The position numbers and the translations under genes are program-made. Below, one piece after another: positions 1-13,999 of a stretch of DNA of 64,000 nt. How positions within the stretch are numbered: the stretch's first letter is position 1; each line of letters starts with the position of its first letter. A model generated the notes under the pieces. That model worked only from the letters and a program-made list of their open reading frames with translations. It searched no databases and was not told the DNA's origin. The DNA comes from Camelus ferus. Its lineage: Eukaryota. The stretch is taken from assembly GCF_009834535.1 (NCBI RefSeq), contig NC_045697.1, forward strand, positions 71,364,001 to 71,428,000, in the 5' to 3' direction.

Positions 1-290
1 TTATTTCCTAGTGGTTTATTTTTAACTTGTAAAATATTTGATTTTTTAACTGTATGTATTCCATTTTTATATGGTCATATTTGCTGTTCTTTATGGCTCC
101 TGTTCTTGCTTTTATTCCCTGTTCAAGTCAAGATGAAATATATTCACTATATATTTCTTAAGCCTTTTTGGATTGTTGTATATAACTTTTTAATATACCT
201 GAAATTTATTCTGGAGTATAGTTTGAGGTTTGGCTCTAATTGTATTTTGCTCCCGAATAGTTTGCATTTGGCTCAGTGGTTTCCAATAAG
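1..290 (-). mobile_element. Highly degraded ancient L1M ORF2 fragment
   Basis: T-rich sequence with phrases resembling antisense L1 ORF2 (cctgaaatttattctggagtatagtttgagg); no intact frame. Confidence 0.4.
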
Positions 291-1221
291 TAATATATAT
301 TCTTTCTCCACTGATACATGTGACAACTTTAGAGAAAATGCATGTCATTAGAAAGCAACTCCAATATGCAATTGCAACTATTTTTGTTTGCCCTCACCCT
401 GTGATACCATGGAGGCAGTGTCCATGTTTCTCTCCCCGGGTGCTCTCCTCTGGTGCCCTGTAACATCATGGCTTGTGACATTACTCTCATATCCTCACAG
501 CACAAAGCAGCAGTGATGTCTCCAACTCCTTTTCCTCTGTGTATCTGAAATATGTCAGCTTCTCTGCCCTGTCACCTTCTCCTATACGCCACCAACATTT
601 CTTGCCTAAACTACTACAAAACCTCTTAATTATCTTATGCCTATAACTGTCTCTCTGTCTTCCCACATAATTTTCTACATCTATCTCTATTACATATATA
701 TAAATGTTTGTACTTTGGTTCTGATAGTCACCTTTATACTGCTACCTTTTACAAAATGTCCTTAATTCCTTTTTTTTTGTTGCTATTTTCTATTGGTATC
801 CTGTTAAGAGCTTTATTGAAGTAAGCTAGTATCATCATATTCTCCCTTCAACTTCACCTCACCTAGAATCTGATTTGATTAAAACTGAGTAGTGATAGGT
901 CTCAGAAACTTCCAAATCTTTACTTCCAGAATGAGAGTTATCCCTTCCTAAACTGGAATTTCTGTAGGTAGAATTGAAGTTACATAGATTTGGGAGTACC
1001 TGGGGAGGCAGAGAAAGAGTGAAAGGAAGGTTCAAAGAGACATCCTAAAATGGCAGATCTCAGAGAGCACGTCCTCCTAGAAGAAAAGGAATACATCCAA
1101 AAGGAAATTGTGTCCCTTCACAATTTCATCCAGGGAGAGTGCCAGGGAAGCCAGGGATGAGAGGCCCTGTGAATGAGGTTGGGTTCTGGGATGTAAAAGT
1201 GGCATATTTTAAATTAAAAAA

Positions 1222-1412
1222 ACTTTTAATTTTAGTAAAATACACATAAGAATATTTACAATCGTAACCATTTTTTTAGTGTACTATTCAGTAGTGTTAA
1301 GTATGTTCACATTGTTGCACAGTCAATCCTCAGAACTCTTTTCATCTTGCAGAACTGAAACTCCATCCCCAGTAAACAACAAGTCCCCATTCTACACTCC
1401 CCACAGCCCCAG
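1222..1412 (-). mobile_element. L1MB-type (L1MB3-like) 3' end fragment
   Basis: ttcagtagtgttaagtatgttcacattgttgcac...cagaactcttttcatcttgcagaactgaaactc resembles the antisense L1MB 3' terminus. Confidence 0.8.
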
Positions 1413-1499
1413 AGGGGTTATATTTTAAGGAAACTAAAGAGAGATCCCCCTACCAATGAAACCTGGGCAGCTGCCTTGGCCTTTCTCCTCTATTCCAGG

Positions 1500-2165
1500 A
1501 GCTTCTTGCTAATAGCTAGTTTCAAAGAATTCAGCTACTTCAAAGATGAATTATGTGAAGGGATACATCCAATTTCTGTATGATGAAACTATGAACAAAT
1601 AATGTGTGGAAAAACTTCTTTACATATGCAAAAAATGCCAGAAAAATTTTGCCACAAGATAGAAGAAAAGAATAACCTAATTGTAAATTGAGTAAGAAAA
1701 ATGTCATGAAGTAATTGCAGCTATGAAGGCAGACTGAAGAAATAATACAAGAACTTGGCAGACAATATGGCCAGGCAATTGGAACCAAGACCAGAAAACA
1801 GAGGGAAAAATGGAAAATAGAAGAATACAGGAAAGAACTAGAAGTAAATGAGATCATTTCAGAAATAGAGACCAAATTAAAAGGACTTAAGAGTGAATAG
1901 ACATTACAGAAAGCATGACAAGAATGAGATGGGTTAATGGCAAAAGCAAACAAAATGAGGCAGCAAACAAGAAAGATTTCAAAAGATTAGGGAGAAATTT
2001 TATACTTAGGAGACAGACAAAAGAGATTTAACATGTACACACTTGAAATTCCTGAAGAAGAAAATCAAAACATGGACCAGAACAAACATTTTGAAACATG
2101 AATCAAAAAACTGCTTCTGAAATAAGGAAGAATAACAATTTATAGAAAGTAATCCTGGAAGAAAG
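1500..2165 (+). mobile_element. Ancient L1 ORF1-like remnant (HAL1/L1M)
   Basis: A-rich; gacagacaaaagagatttaacatgtacacacttgaaattcctgaagaagaaaatc resembles the ORF1 RRSNI..IGVPE motif; disrupted. Confidence 0.6.
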
Positions 2166-2398
2166 CACAGGAACTGAGGAGAGTGCTGACTGACAGGAAT
2201 GGGGAGGATGGGGACTGGGGTGGGAGCAGGATTTCCCTGCTTCTGTCTCTTTACATGGTTTTGATTCTGAAACATTTGAATATATCATCTATTAAAAATA
2301 TAATAAAATTTAAAAATACCTGCCACATGATAGTTCCCCTAGATAAGTCATTTTTATAGGCCTCATCTTTTTTTTCTCTTTAAAAAATTTTTTTGACC

Positions 2399-2927
2399 TT
2401 TTTTTTTTAACTGAAGTATAGTCAGTTTACAATGTTGTGTCAATTTCTGGTGTACAGCGTAAAGCTTCAGTCATACATACACGTACATATGTTTGTTTTC
2501 ATATTCTTTTTCTTTATCAGTTACTACCAGATATTTAATATAGCTCCCTGTGCTATACAGTATAGACTTATTGTTTATCTGTTTTATATATAGTAGTTAG
2601 TATCTGAAAATCCCAAACTCCTAATTTATCCCTTCCCACCCCTTCCTCCTTGGTAACCATAAGTTTGTTTTCTGTGTCTGTTTCTGTTCTGTAAATAAGT
2701 AAGTAAGTTCATTTGTCTCTCTCTCTCTCTCTTTTTTTTTTTTTTTTTTTAGATTCCACATATGAATGATATCATATGGTATTTTTCTTTCTGTTTCTGG
2801 TTTCCTTCACTTAGATTAACGATCTCCAGATCCATCCATGTTGCAGCAAATGGCATTATTTTATTCCTTTTCATGGTTGAGTAGTATTCTGTTGTGCATA
2901 TATACCACAACTTCTTTATTCAGTCAT
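2399..2927 (-). mobile_element. 5'-truncated L1 3' UTR
   Basis: Poly-T then gaagtatagtcagtttacaatgttgtgtcaatttctggtgtacagc; ends in the ORF2-terminal region (ccatgttgcagcaaatggc...gagtagtattc). Confidence 0.9.
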
Positions 2928-3009
2928 ATGAGTTCTTACCAGGCCTGATCTATAAATGGAGTGTGTGGCTTGTCCCTGGCTCCTTTTTTTCTCCTCCTGG
3001 CTCCTGTTC

Positions 3010-3295
3010 TAATTTACTCACTGATTCACTAAATAGTTATTTTCTACTATGTGCCAGTCATCATTCTAGCCATTGGGCTACATCAATGAAAACACAGACA
3101 AATCTCCATCCTCATGGAATTTACATTTTTATTGTAGGGGAAGGGGAAAGGGAATCAAATATATGTAAGTAAAATGTATAGTATGTTAGATGATGATAAG
3201 TCCTCTGGGAAAAAAGTAAACATAGTGTGTAGGAAGTGAGGGAGGTGTGAAGGTGCTTGCAATTTTTGACAAGGTCTTTAGGAAAGACCTGGAAT
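3010..3295 (-). mobile_element. L2 3' end
   Basis: ctactatgtgccagtcatcattctag...ctcatggaatttacatt resembles the antisense L2 tail. Confidence 0.75.
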
Positions 3296-3994
3296 AAAAG
3301 ATTCCTCCTTTGTTTTAACCTGTGGAGCCCCTAACCAGATTTCAGCTCCTCTGTAGGTATTTAATTTGAATATTTTAGGCAGAAAGAGGAATTCCTAGTT
3401 TTATTTCTTGAGGTTATTTTGGTGAGAAGTATATTTTACTTTTAAAATTGTCTTAAGTTTTTTTTTTTTTTGACTCTTTCTTTATTAGAAATGGTGAATT
3501 AAAATAAACTAACCCCCAAAACAAACCACACTGTAATTTCTCAAGTCCTTCATTCCATAAACCTTCTTGGGTCAACAAGATACCCACATGTAAGTGCCTT
3601 TTAGAGCAAATAATTTCCTGAATTGGAGCCCAAAAGATTGTTAAAGGGAAGGATGGGGAGGAGGTTATTGGAAAAGCTGTGATTCTACTAAAAAAGCAGT
3701 TCTGACACCCTGAGTTGGAGGCTGCTCTCTTTCTGGTAAGTCAAGGGAATCTATGTCCACAATGTGGAAGATTTGCTCCTGTGTTCTCTACTCCTGCATC
3801 TCCCTTACCAAGGATTTTTTGAGATTTTTACTAATTCCATTACTATCTGACTCTGTGAAAATGCGTTGCTTTTACAAATTAAGTGTCCAGTGCTTCTGAA
3901 ATTTTGAATCTTAAAAATCTGTTTCCTCAACTAAATGAGAAGGTAGATGAATTAGGTATTGCCCACATCCTGTCAAGAGAAACCTAGGGGCTTC

Positions 3995-5285
3995 TTTATC
4001 TTTTATTTTAAATTTAATCTAATTTTATTCAAAGTATTTCATGTGTACAATTTAAAAAGTCAAGTAGTTCTTCAAGGATTATAATGAGAAATGAGAGCCC
4101 TCTGCTTTGCTCTGCTACAATCTGATTGTTACACCCCAATGGAAATCATTTTTAGTGTTTTAGCTTTTTATTTTTGTTTTTAGCTCTACATTTTAAAGGA
4201 ATGCTCAGATTGCTATCTTTGACCTTTGAGCTTCAAATATTATACATAGATTCCTATTATGAAAGATGAGTATTTAGTTCTCTTGTATCTGCTACCCCAC
4301 TCCAAAGTTATTCAGTTAAGTTGCTCTTCAGTGCTTATATTGTTGTAACATTATTCATATTATTTGTAACTGACACATCCATGGTACATTGCTTTGCTTG
4401 GTCATCTGTTTATTTTATTTAATTTTTTTAGTTGATAAATGATTCACTTTTCTTTTGCTTTGTTTTCTTCTACACACCTATTATTAATTTATCCCCAGAT
4501 TCTTACCAGGAATAGGAATCTCTTCTCAAAGAGTCCAAACATAACAGGTAATATATTAGTTTTATTTATGTATTTATTGAAATATTGCTTCTGGGAGCCT
4601 CCCATTCCCTCAGTTTGGTTTTTTGCTTATTGGCTTTACAGCAGTATGTTCCAGAGCTGCCCCTTCATCATAATGAGTGTGAAGATTTCATAAGGCTCTT
4701 TTGTCTGGATCCCACATTTCTTGGATTTCATTTCTATTCTGGATTTATTCCCTTGATTTCATGAGGAACAGCTCCCAGTACTATAAGAAATTGGTCACTG
4801 GAGTAAAATTATTGAGACTTTGCACATTTGAAAATCTCTACATTGTTCCCACACTTGGGTATAGAATTCTAGATTGGAAATCATTTCCCATCAGATTTGT
4901 GAAGACTGCTAAGTTAGTTCATTGTTTTCTAGCTTCCAGTGTTGCTGTTGAAGTGTCTGATGTGCTATTTTAAAAATATTTTATTTTGAAGTAATTATAT
5001 ACTCATAGGAAGCTGAAAAAATTGTAGAGTCCCATGTAGCCTTCTCCCAGCTTACTCCAGTGTTGGGAAGTTGAGCTGTCCCAACGGGGACAACTAAACA
5101 GGTGTAGTACAATATTAGATGATGCTGTTTTTATTTCCATTCTATTGCAAATGACATTCTATTTTATTTCTGAAAATTTTTAGACTTATAGGTATCCCCC
5201 TTCAAATGTTCTGAAATTTTATGATAATTTTCTTTGTCTGCTTCCATTTCTCATTAGTCTCTTTCTATTTGTCCTTGTAAGTTAA
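3995..5285 (-). mobile_element. Ancient HAL1/L1M remnant, interrupted by an L1MC-type 3' fragment at ~4975-5115
   Basis: gggtatagaattctagattggaaatcatttccc...cattgttttctagcttccagtgttgctgttga is typical antisense L1 ORF1-region sequence. Confidence 0.55.
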
Positions 5286-5301
5286 TCACCTTAAACTTTT
5301 A

Positions 5302-6473
5302 TTAATTTATTATTTTATATTAAGTTATAGTCAGTTTACAATGTTGTGTCAATTTCCACTGTAGAGCACAATTTTTCAGTTATACATGAACATATGTATA
5401 TTCATTGTCGCATTCTTTTTCACTGTGAGCTACCACAAGATCTTGTACATATTTCCCTGTGATATACAGTATTGTCTTGTTTATCTATTCTACATATGCC
5501 TGTCAGTATCTACAAATTTCGAACTCCCAGTCTGTCCCTCTCCTCCCCGAGCAACCACAAGTTTGTATTCTATGTCTCTGAGTCTGTTTCTGTTTGTATT
5601 TTATGTTCTTTTTTTTTTTATTTAGATTCCACATATGAGAGATCTCACATGGTATTTTTCTTTCTCTGTCTGGCCTATTTCACTTAGAATGACATTCTCC
5701 AGGAGCATCCATGTTGCTGCAGGTGGCTTTATTTTTATTTTTTATGCCTGAGTAGTATTCCATTGTATAAATGTACCACATCTTCTTTATCCAGTCATCT
5801 GTTGATGGATATTTAGGCTGTTTCCATGTCTTGGCTATTGTAAATAGTGCTGCTATGAACATTGGGGTGCAGGTGTCTTTTTGAAGTAGGGTTCCTTCTG
5901 GATATATGCCCAGGAGCAGATTACTGGGTCATATGGTAAGTCTATTCCTAGTCTTTTGAGGAATCTCCATACTGTTTTCCACAGTGGCTGTACCAAACTA
6001 CATTCCCACCAGCAGTGTAGGAGGGTTCCCTTTTCTCCACAGCCTCTCCAGCATTTATCATTTGTGGACTTTTGAATGATAGCCATTCTGACTGGTGTGA
6101 GGTGATACCTCATTGTAGTTTTGATTTGCATTTTTCTGATAATTAGTGATATTGAGCATTTTCTCATGTGCCTATTGATCATTTGTATTTCTTCCTTGGA
6201 GAGTTGCTTATTTAGGTCTTCTGCCCATTTTTGGATTGGGTTGCTTGTTTTTTTTCTTATTAAGTCATATGAGTTGCTTATATATTCTGGAAATCAAGTC
6301 TTTGTCAGTTTCATCTTTTGCAAAAATGTTCTCCCATTCCGTAGGTTGTCGTTTTGCTTATGGTTTCCTTTGCTGTGCAGAACCTTGTAAGTTTACTTAG
6401 GTCCCATTTGTTTATTCTTGTTTTATTTCTATTGCTTGGGTAGACTGCCCTAGGAGAACATTTTTGAGATGTA
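5302..6473 (-). mobile_element. Young 5'-truncated L1 (ORF2 C-terminus plus 3' UTR) with 15-bp TSD
   Basis: ORFs 5853-6182 and 5680-5862 encode the ORF2 Cys-rich C-terminus ([35 protein letters not shown]), split by a frameshift; perfect TSD caccttaaactttta at 5287-5301 and 6474-6488. Confidence 0.97.
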
Positions 6474-9400
6474 CACCTTAAACTTTTAAATTACTGCCAT
6501 TTTGAGAGAGGGTGGAGGTAAACAGGTACGTTTAAACTGTGTGATTTATCTGGGAATTTCTGACATAATGTTTAATTACTAATTATGGTACGTTCATAGA
6601 AAGTGTTTTGATTTTGAGTACATGTTTTCTTTCAAATCACCTAATTAAATTCTCTTTATAAAAATATTTTAGCAATTATCTTGGATTTCCTAGATCGATA
6701 ATTATTTTTCTCTTTTATAAATTTGAAAAAAGTTCTTATTTCATTCACTAGTGCTTATAAAATCATTTATAGGTAATTTTATCTAATTATTTTTTATCTC
6801 ACTTTGTCAGCTAATACTTTAAACTTATTTAAAAATTATTTTAGCTAATTTCTTGGACATTCTCAGTAGGTCATAATTTGACTTCAAATTTGAAAGTTTT
6901 TCTTGTTTTACTACATTATCATTTTCAACAAATATTAAATAAAAGTGTGAGCATTCTTTTAGTATTCCTAAACTTACTGATAATAGCCATTAATTTCTTT
7001 TTTCCTCTTGTGTACAGTTTGGTGGTTGTTTTTACATACATATCCTAAGTTGTGTTAATAAATTTTCTTCTATCCTTAGATTAAGTCTACTTTTTCTAAC
7101 TTTGGAAAATTAATAATTTTAAGTCCCCTTAATATTTAATGTTTTCAAATTCCACATTAGTGTTTACTATCTTAATCATGTAATTGATCTTCTTTATTCA
7201 GTAAAGCCTTATTTAGTAGGTTCTAGTCTTGAATAATATTTATTTCTCAATTTCTTTTCGAGTTAAAGTTTCTTGATTGCTCTGTTAAACCAAACGGTTT
7301 AGCTAAATTGCTATTTTTGTTGCATGATTTTTAAAAAATTTTACAGAGAGTTTAAAATTTTCCAGTAAACCCTAAGGTTACTCCCTGAAACGTTGTACTG
7401 CTTTCTCAAAAAGAAAAGTTCTAAATCTCCTTACTGTGTCTTCTTTTCTTTTGGTTCCCTCAGCAATGATGTATTTCTTGAATTTTGTGATATGAATAGC
7501 ACCTTGTCTATTTTCCAATGCTGGTGCCTTATATCTTATTTATATATTCCTTTTATCATTTTAGTCAGAATCCTGGAACAATCAAGTGTAGTTACTTGTG
7601 TTTAAATACTATTTATGCCAAATTTGGGTTATAAAATCTTCTTACATTACATTTATTTCTGTAATCTACCTTAAATCCTTTTGAAGAATATAAGTATATG
7701 CATTTACAAAAAGCTAGAAAATTACATTAGAGATTTAAGAAACAGTCATACTGATCTTAAGAATTGTAGTAACTGTATGTTTCACAAGAAAATGGAAAAT
7801 GGCAGATGATATTTATCTATTATCAATATTCTAATAAATATTCTCAAATTTCCGTTGACTTTCTGGACAAGAGGTCAATAAAAATGCATACAGTTTTTAT
7901 ACAATGTGTAGTTCTCCAGCTAAGTGTTTTTTCATCTTCACTCTAGTCCTATGAATGACACTATAAAAGTGACATCATAAACATTAGAAAAAAATTTTAA
8001 TGACTTGAAAATATCATTCCTTTCTTAGAAGGTTCTCATTCTATCACATATCCTAATACTCTTTTATGCACAAAGGACTTTTTCCTGAGGAAAAATTATG
8101 GCTAGCCTAATGACTTTTTTAAAAATTAAGATATATTACAGCTGACTTGCTACTGTTTCTTACATGGAGTCACCTGAGTGAGGGCATGGCAAATAGAGAA
8201 TTTTGGCAGAGAATTAGAGAAATTTGCAGTTTTGTTAAAAATTTATTTTCCCCCCTAAATTAAACGCATGACTACTGAGGAGCTCTACAGTATTTTCTAC
8301 ATTTTTCTTATTTCAAAATAGGTTGGTCATCAGAGAAATGTAAAAGATATGCATCAGACATACATACTTATTTCTACTCAATATATCCCTGGTAGATGAA
8401 CACACAGATAATCAACAATTGAGGTGCAGGAATTATAAGCAAAAAAATAAAAAAAACCTCTGTCCGTCTTTAGTCATAAGCAAGTGTTCATGTTGGGCTG
8501 GTGTGCTAGGAACCAGTGGACAGCTCTAGAGTCTGACAGTTGTCCAGTAGGGCACCTTTTTATGATTCATTCTGCTTTTGCCTATGGTAGCTTCTGTCTC
8601 TAGGCTCTCTTTATTTTCTATGAATTGCTCAAATGAGAAAATAGATAGGACATAGGGAGGATAGAAAAAGAAAACACACGGGTCAGAAACTGCTTTGTTC
8701 TACCTGAATTCTCCCTCAATGAGGAAATACATTCACCAGACTTCTTTAAATAGAAACATTCAGTCTGAAGCATTCATTTTCTTTTCATTTCCTTCTTTGT
8801 ATTTTTTTCTTCTTTTGCATGTTGTGCTGGTGAGTTTCCATGTCAGGTAGGATTTAGGGCTGGCCTCGGAAACATACAGGCAGTGAAGAGAGTGCAAGTT
8901 AACCTAGTGTTTCTGAGGAGGTTTTGGAATATCTTGTCGTGTTACAGAAGGCGTAGGGGAGCCAGTGAGCACTAAGTACACTCCTGAATTTGGTGAAACT
9001 TTCACTGCACAGAGCAGGATACTTCGACCACTCCAAATCTCATGTTCTCAAAGTGCTAGTGTAACCTCAGCTTTGAAGATACAGTGTGATCAACAATATG
9101 TTAAATTAGTAAACTGCTTTCTAGATTAAAAAGGCACATGTCTATGCAGTCTCTTCCAACCTTGCATAAAACTAAAGAAAACATGGCAAAATCTGACATT
9201 CGTTATACTGAAAGGTACAAACAACAGACAGTTTATTGAAAACTATGGAAATCTTCCATTTCTATATGGCAGATAGAACTAAGTTTTAAAAGCCCAAATT
9301 TGGCTTGACATCATAGCACAGTTAGATTTTGCCTTGCTACTTGAGAAAAAAAGCAGAAAGATAATTTATGACTTTCCCACTATGTCAGTGGACTCAGAAA

Positions 9401-9789
9401 TTCAAGGTCTGTGCCAACCAAAGGAATGTATTATTTTTCCTCTACCTTACTACTTTGATCTGTACGGTATAAATAACTTTTTTTTGTCTCTGCCTCTTGG
9501 TTTTTTCCACCTTCCTTTTCACTGCTAACACTGACATCACCATCCAGAGATAGCGACTTTCAGAAAACAATCAGGTAGGAAATAGTTGGAGACTTATGAT
9601 AGCAGTTCCCAGCAAAATCAATGAAAATAAATCTATACTTAGATTCACCTTGGGAAGCATTTAAACAACAAAGATAAAGAAAAAATACCATAAAATACCT
9701 AAGTAAACAAAACAAAATCGACAAAGTTACCTACAGAGGAATAAAACTGAAGCTGTTTTTTTTTTTTCTTGCCAACAAAAGGTGCTAGA

Positions 9790-10400
9790 CAGTTGTGACA
9801 GAGAATTTACAACCAATATCCATGTTTTCTGCATGTTTCCCAGACCCCTTATAGTTAGGAGTAGACATGTATTTGGGCTCCAGTGGAAGTGACAGATGTC
9901 ATGTCTGTGCTGAAAATTTTACAAGGTTGATTTCATTTCTCAAAGGGTCCAATAGGCCCACAGACCCTCCTTATGGCTGTCTTCTCAGATCCTGAGTGCA
10001 GAGTTGGGATAAACACTCCTGGCCACTGAATAACCTCCACATTGCCTCCCTATGTGTGAAGGTGGGACAAGGGAAACCCTCGGAGCTGCCCCTTACCTCC
10101 AAAACAGTAAAACAAAAGGATATCATATCCCTTGGGTCCATTTTGATGACTTCTTCACAAGTCAGACTAGGCAGAGAGAGGATGAGAGCAGAAGCTTCAA
10201 GGCCTCTGAAGGTGTAGATTTAGGAGTCTTACAGCATCACTTCCACTGTATTCTTTTGATCAATGCAAGTTACACAGCCAGTTCAGATTTGAGGGGTAGA
10301 GGAATACATGCTCCTTCACGTGAAGAATGGCCACATCCTCTTGCCAAGAAGTGTCATAGAGGGATGTGACAAACTATTGCATCTGTGTTTGCAAGAAACC
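9790..10400. mobile_element. Old MaLR (MLT1) LTR fragments
   Basis: tttcccagaccccttatagttagg (~9835) and cagcatcacttccactgtattcttttgatcaatgcaagttacacagccagttcagatttgagggg (~10230) are MLT1-type phrases. Confidence 0.65.
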
Positions 10401-10540
10401 TACCACATCATAGGAATTGGCAAGATGATGAAAAGCATGTCATTTTCACTTGACATGAACAGAAGTGCACCTTCACTGTTTCATCTCAAGGTGATGTCTT
10501 CTCACATCTCTTTACTCATGTAGTCTAGTGGGATGTTAAT

Positions 10541-11030
10541 TGTTGGGAAGGGCAGTCTCATGTGCTGTCATTTGACCCCCGCTCAATCATGTAAAAATGG
10601 GCTTTTGGCTTGGAACACTTCCTCCTAAGAGAAAAATAGTCTATACAGCCTGTGCCAAGCTTTTCATCTGTATAAGAATATTCTCCCCTGTTTCAGGCTC
10701 ACAGAATGCACTTTTGTCTTTGCTTGAAGTCTGTAGTCTGTGCTTTGTATGGCACCTGGTCAAGCCCACTGTTCTATCCATCCACCACTGGGAGGGAACA
10801 GGGTTTTTCTACTGTGGCACAAGAAGGGTGCAGTAGGCAAAGTGCCCTGCATTGGCCCTGCTGGCCACAGGGGACTAATGCCCACTGTAGAAGGTGGTAT
10901 TGCACTGTCTGTTCTCTGTGTAAGTGAAGCATTGTTCCACCCAGTGCTTGATTGTGTTCTTCTTGGTAATTTTGATACCACGATGCAATGGGCAGAAGTA
11001 TTTAGAATCCTTCCCTGGGATTGGTAACCA
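10541..11030 (+). mobile_element. Probable solo ERV LTR (family not assigned)
   Basis: GC-richer ~490-bp block beginning tgttgggaagggcagtctcatg and ending ...ggtaacca, with a degenerate polyA-signal region near 10920. Confidence 0.55.
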
Positions 11031-12514
11031 ATGGGAGGGAAGGAGAAGCCACCACGTTTACTGGGTGTGGGAGCAGTTGCCCAGTGTGTGAAGTGAAGGA
11101 AGAGATTATCAAGTCTAACTGCTGTTTCCTAAACTGACTTTAAGACAATTCTCCATTTTAACTCCACCTTCGACCTCACCTCCTGAGCTACCCTAGCTGC
11201 CATTCTTAAGTCTTCTGGGGGATTAGCAGCAAACATCATGATATCAGCATTTCTGTTTCCCCCACTGCCCATGGAGGGTTCAGTTTATTTAGGATCGCTG
11301 TGTCGGTTACCACTGTCCCCAGCTTCCGAAGTGCCGTTGCTACTCTCCTGATCCTGTTGCCTATGTGAGTGGAACCTCCCGCCCTCCTTTTTATCCCTTC
11401 ACTCTTATTTATTTGTTATGATGGAGGGTGAAGTGTAGACTGGGAGGGGAATTCAATGGTAATTCAAAAATTCAGTTGGCCATCTCTAGCCAGAGGAGCC
11501 CTGTTACTCTATTGAATCTTTCTTTCTTTATGTTTTTTGCTTTTAAAAACTGTCTTTAGATTCTGGATATTAATCTTTTCTTTAGTATAAATGGACAGCT
11601 GTAATTCAGGATTTCTATAATTAAAGGAGGGAAGAATGGAAATTAGTGGACAACTAGCTGTCACTGCCAGACTCTGCTCCATGGGTTCCTGTCCTTCTTT
11701 CCACATCTATAACATACTCCAGTCTCCCTGAAATAAAAATCTGAAAGTCCTTTACTTTGGTTGTGTCCACATTAAAGTGTTGCTCCCTGCGGCCCTGTGA
11801 CTTCTGACCTGATTGATGTGTTATCTGTGGCCCTCCTAACACCCTCTCTGCACTGGTGAGTTTGAGCTAGTTAACTTAAAATAGGTCTTCTGTGGAAGAA
11901 GGAAGAGCAGGGAGCACACAGCAGTTACTGCACCACAGCTGTAGAGAATTCTTGCTGGGAAGGACTTGGTCTGACTCCCTGCTCTGATCATGGAGAAACT
12001 TCTTCCTTTAGACATTGATTCTGCTCCCTGGGCAGAACTCCCTAAGTCCATTATTCAGTGTGGCCTCTGGATGTGCCCTCTGAGGGCAAACATTACTCCA
12101 CTTTCTTTTGTAGCCACATCAGAAGTAGGACTAGAAGTTGAACAGCTTTCACCTCCTGCATGCTGCTGACTAGGTTTGGCTCTCAGGGGACTATTTCAGG
12201 GGATGAAACAGTCACATGCTTTTGAGGATCAGGTATATGATTTTTTTGTAATATAATTGCCTTCTCTGACTTAGAAAGGTCCTGGCTTATATGGTCAAAG
12301 ATGCCCTTTAGAAAAATTAAGGCCTCCAGATTTCCTCTTTTATCACATCAAGCCTTTTGCCTGACCCATCTTTTTTTACCTCAATTTTATTCTGGCTTCC
12401 TTGATGCCACATGAAAACTTAGGTTTCAGTGGGTAAAAAACACTGGATTTTTAATGCTGGCTTACCTCCCATTGCCTTTCATTGTCTAGCAGAAAACTCT
12501 TAATTTGAGGTTCT

Positions 12515-12989
12515 TTTTTTTTAATGATACAATAGAAACATGTATTTTTTTTTAAATTATAGTTGATATATAATATTATGTTAGTTTCACATGAACAACA
12601 TAGTGAGTTGATATTGAAGTCTAGTAACGTCTGTCACCATACAAAGTTATTATGGTATTATTGAACTATATTCCTTATATTATACATTACATCCCTATGA
12701 TTTATTCATTTTATAACTAGAGTTTTGTACCTCTTAATCCCCTTCATCTGCTTCACCCAGCTCCCCACCCTTTTCCCCTCTGGCAACCACCAGTTTGTTC
12801 TCTGTATCTCTAAGTCTATTTCTGTTTTGTTTTGTTTGTTCATTTTTTTATATTCCACATATGAGTGAAATCATATATCATTTATCTTGCTCTGTCTAAC
12901 CTATTTCACTTAGCATAATACCTTCTAGATCCATCCACATTGTTGAAAGTGGCAAGATTTCATTCTTTTTTATGGCTGAATAATATTCT

Positions 12990-13027
<38 letters not shown>

Positions 13028-13695
13028 TACATATATACCACATCTTTTTTATTCATCCATCTGTTGATGGGCACCGAGGTTGTTTCCATATCTTGGCTAT
13101 TGTAAATAATGCTGCAGTGATCATAGGGGTGCATATATCTTTTTGAATTTGTGTTTTTGTTTTCTTCAGAAAAGGTGTGGAAAGAAGTGGAATTGCTGGG
13201 TAGTATGGTAATTCTTTTTTTAAGTTTTTAAGAACCTCCATACTGTTTTCCACAGTGGCTGCATCAGTTTATATTCCTACCAACAGTGCACAAGTGTTGC
13301 CTTTTCTCCACTTTCTCAGGAACTCTTGTTATTTGCTGTGTTTTTAATGATAGTCATTCTGACAGGTGTGTGGTGGTATCTCATCGTGATCTTGATTCAC
13401 ATTTCCCTGATGGTTAGTGAGACTGAACTTTTCATGTGTCTGTTGTCCATTTGTAAGTCTTGGGTCATTAACCTGAGGCTATGGGGCCCAGCCAGACTGC
13501 ACCTCTGCCCTTCCTACTAGTCTCAATGTGTTTTTTTTCTTTTTAATCTTAGTTGTGGACAGTTTTCTCTGCTGTTCTTCAGGTCATTCTCAGACATAGT
13601 TGCTGTAGGTGTCTTTGTAGTTCTGTACTTCTGTGTTTGTGGGAGAAGGCAAGCCCAGGATCTCCCCACTCTGCTATCTTGTCCCCCTCCTTCAG
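12515..13695 (-). mobile_element. Internally deleted L1: ~235-nt 5' terminus joined to ~950-nt 3' terminus
   Basis: 12515-13460 is ORF2 end plus 3' UTR (ORF 13053-13253 ...[27 protein letters not shown]); 13462-13695 reads on the minus strand ggggacaagatagcagagtgggg..., an L1 5' end with a YY1-like site; 13/15 TSD ttaatttgaggttct (12500-12514) / ttaatttgacattct (13696-13710). Confidence 0.8.
12994..13023. repeat. (CA)n microsatellite inside L1
   Basis: Direct reading. Confidence 0.95.
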
Positions 13696-13999
13696 TTAAT
13701 TTGACATTCTGAAGACTGAGACTTTTCCTCCTACTATGCCTATTTTTTTTTTCAGAGCCACTTTTTATAATTAACCTGAGTAGGAATTTATTGTAAGTAT
13801 TAAGGAGCTTCCAACATACACTAATAAGTTCTGCTAAAATTATGGAACTCTGTGGGCATATAGCCCACCTTGGAAGATTACAGTTTGTCATAGCACAATA
13901 AATATTGTCACCTTCCCATCATTCAGTATCTTTGCCATCACTATCTACAAATTAATAGCTAATCTGTTGTTCTTAGGTTTATACTTTGACATCAGTGTA

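Noticed and set aside
1540..1953. 137-aa Phe/Ser-rich ORF
   Set aside because: Antisense of an A-rich ancient L1 ORF1 remnant
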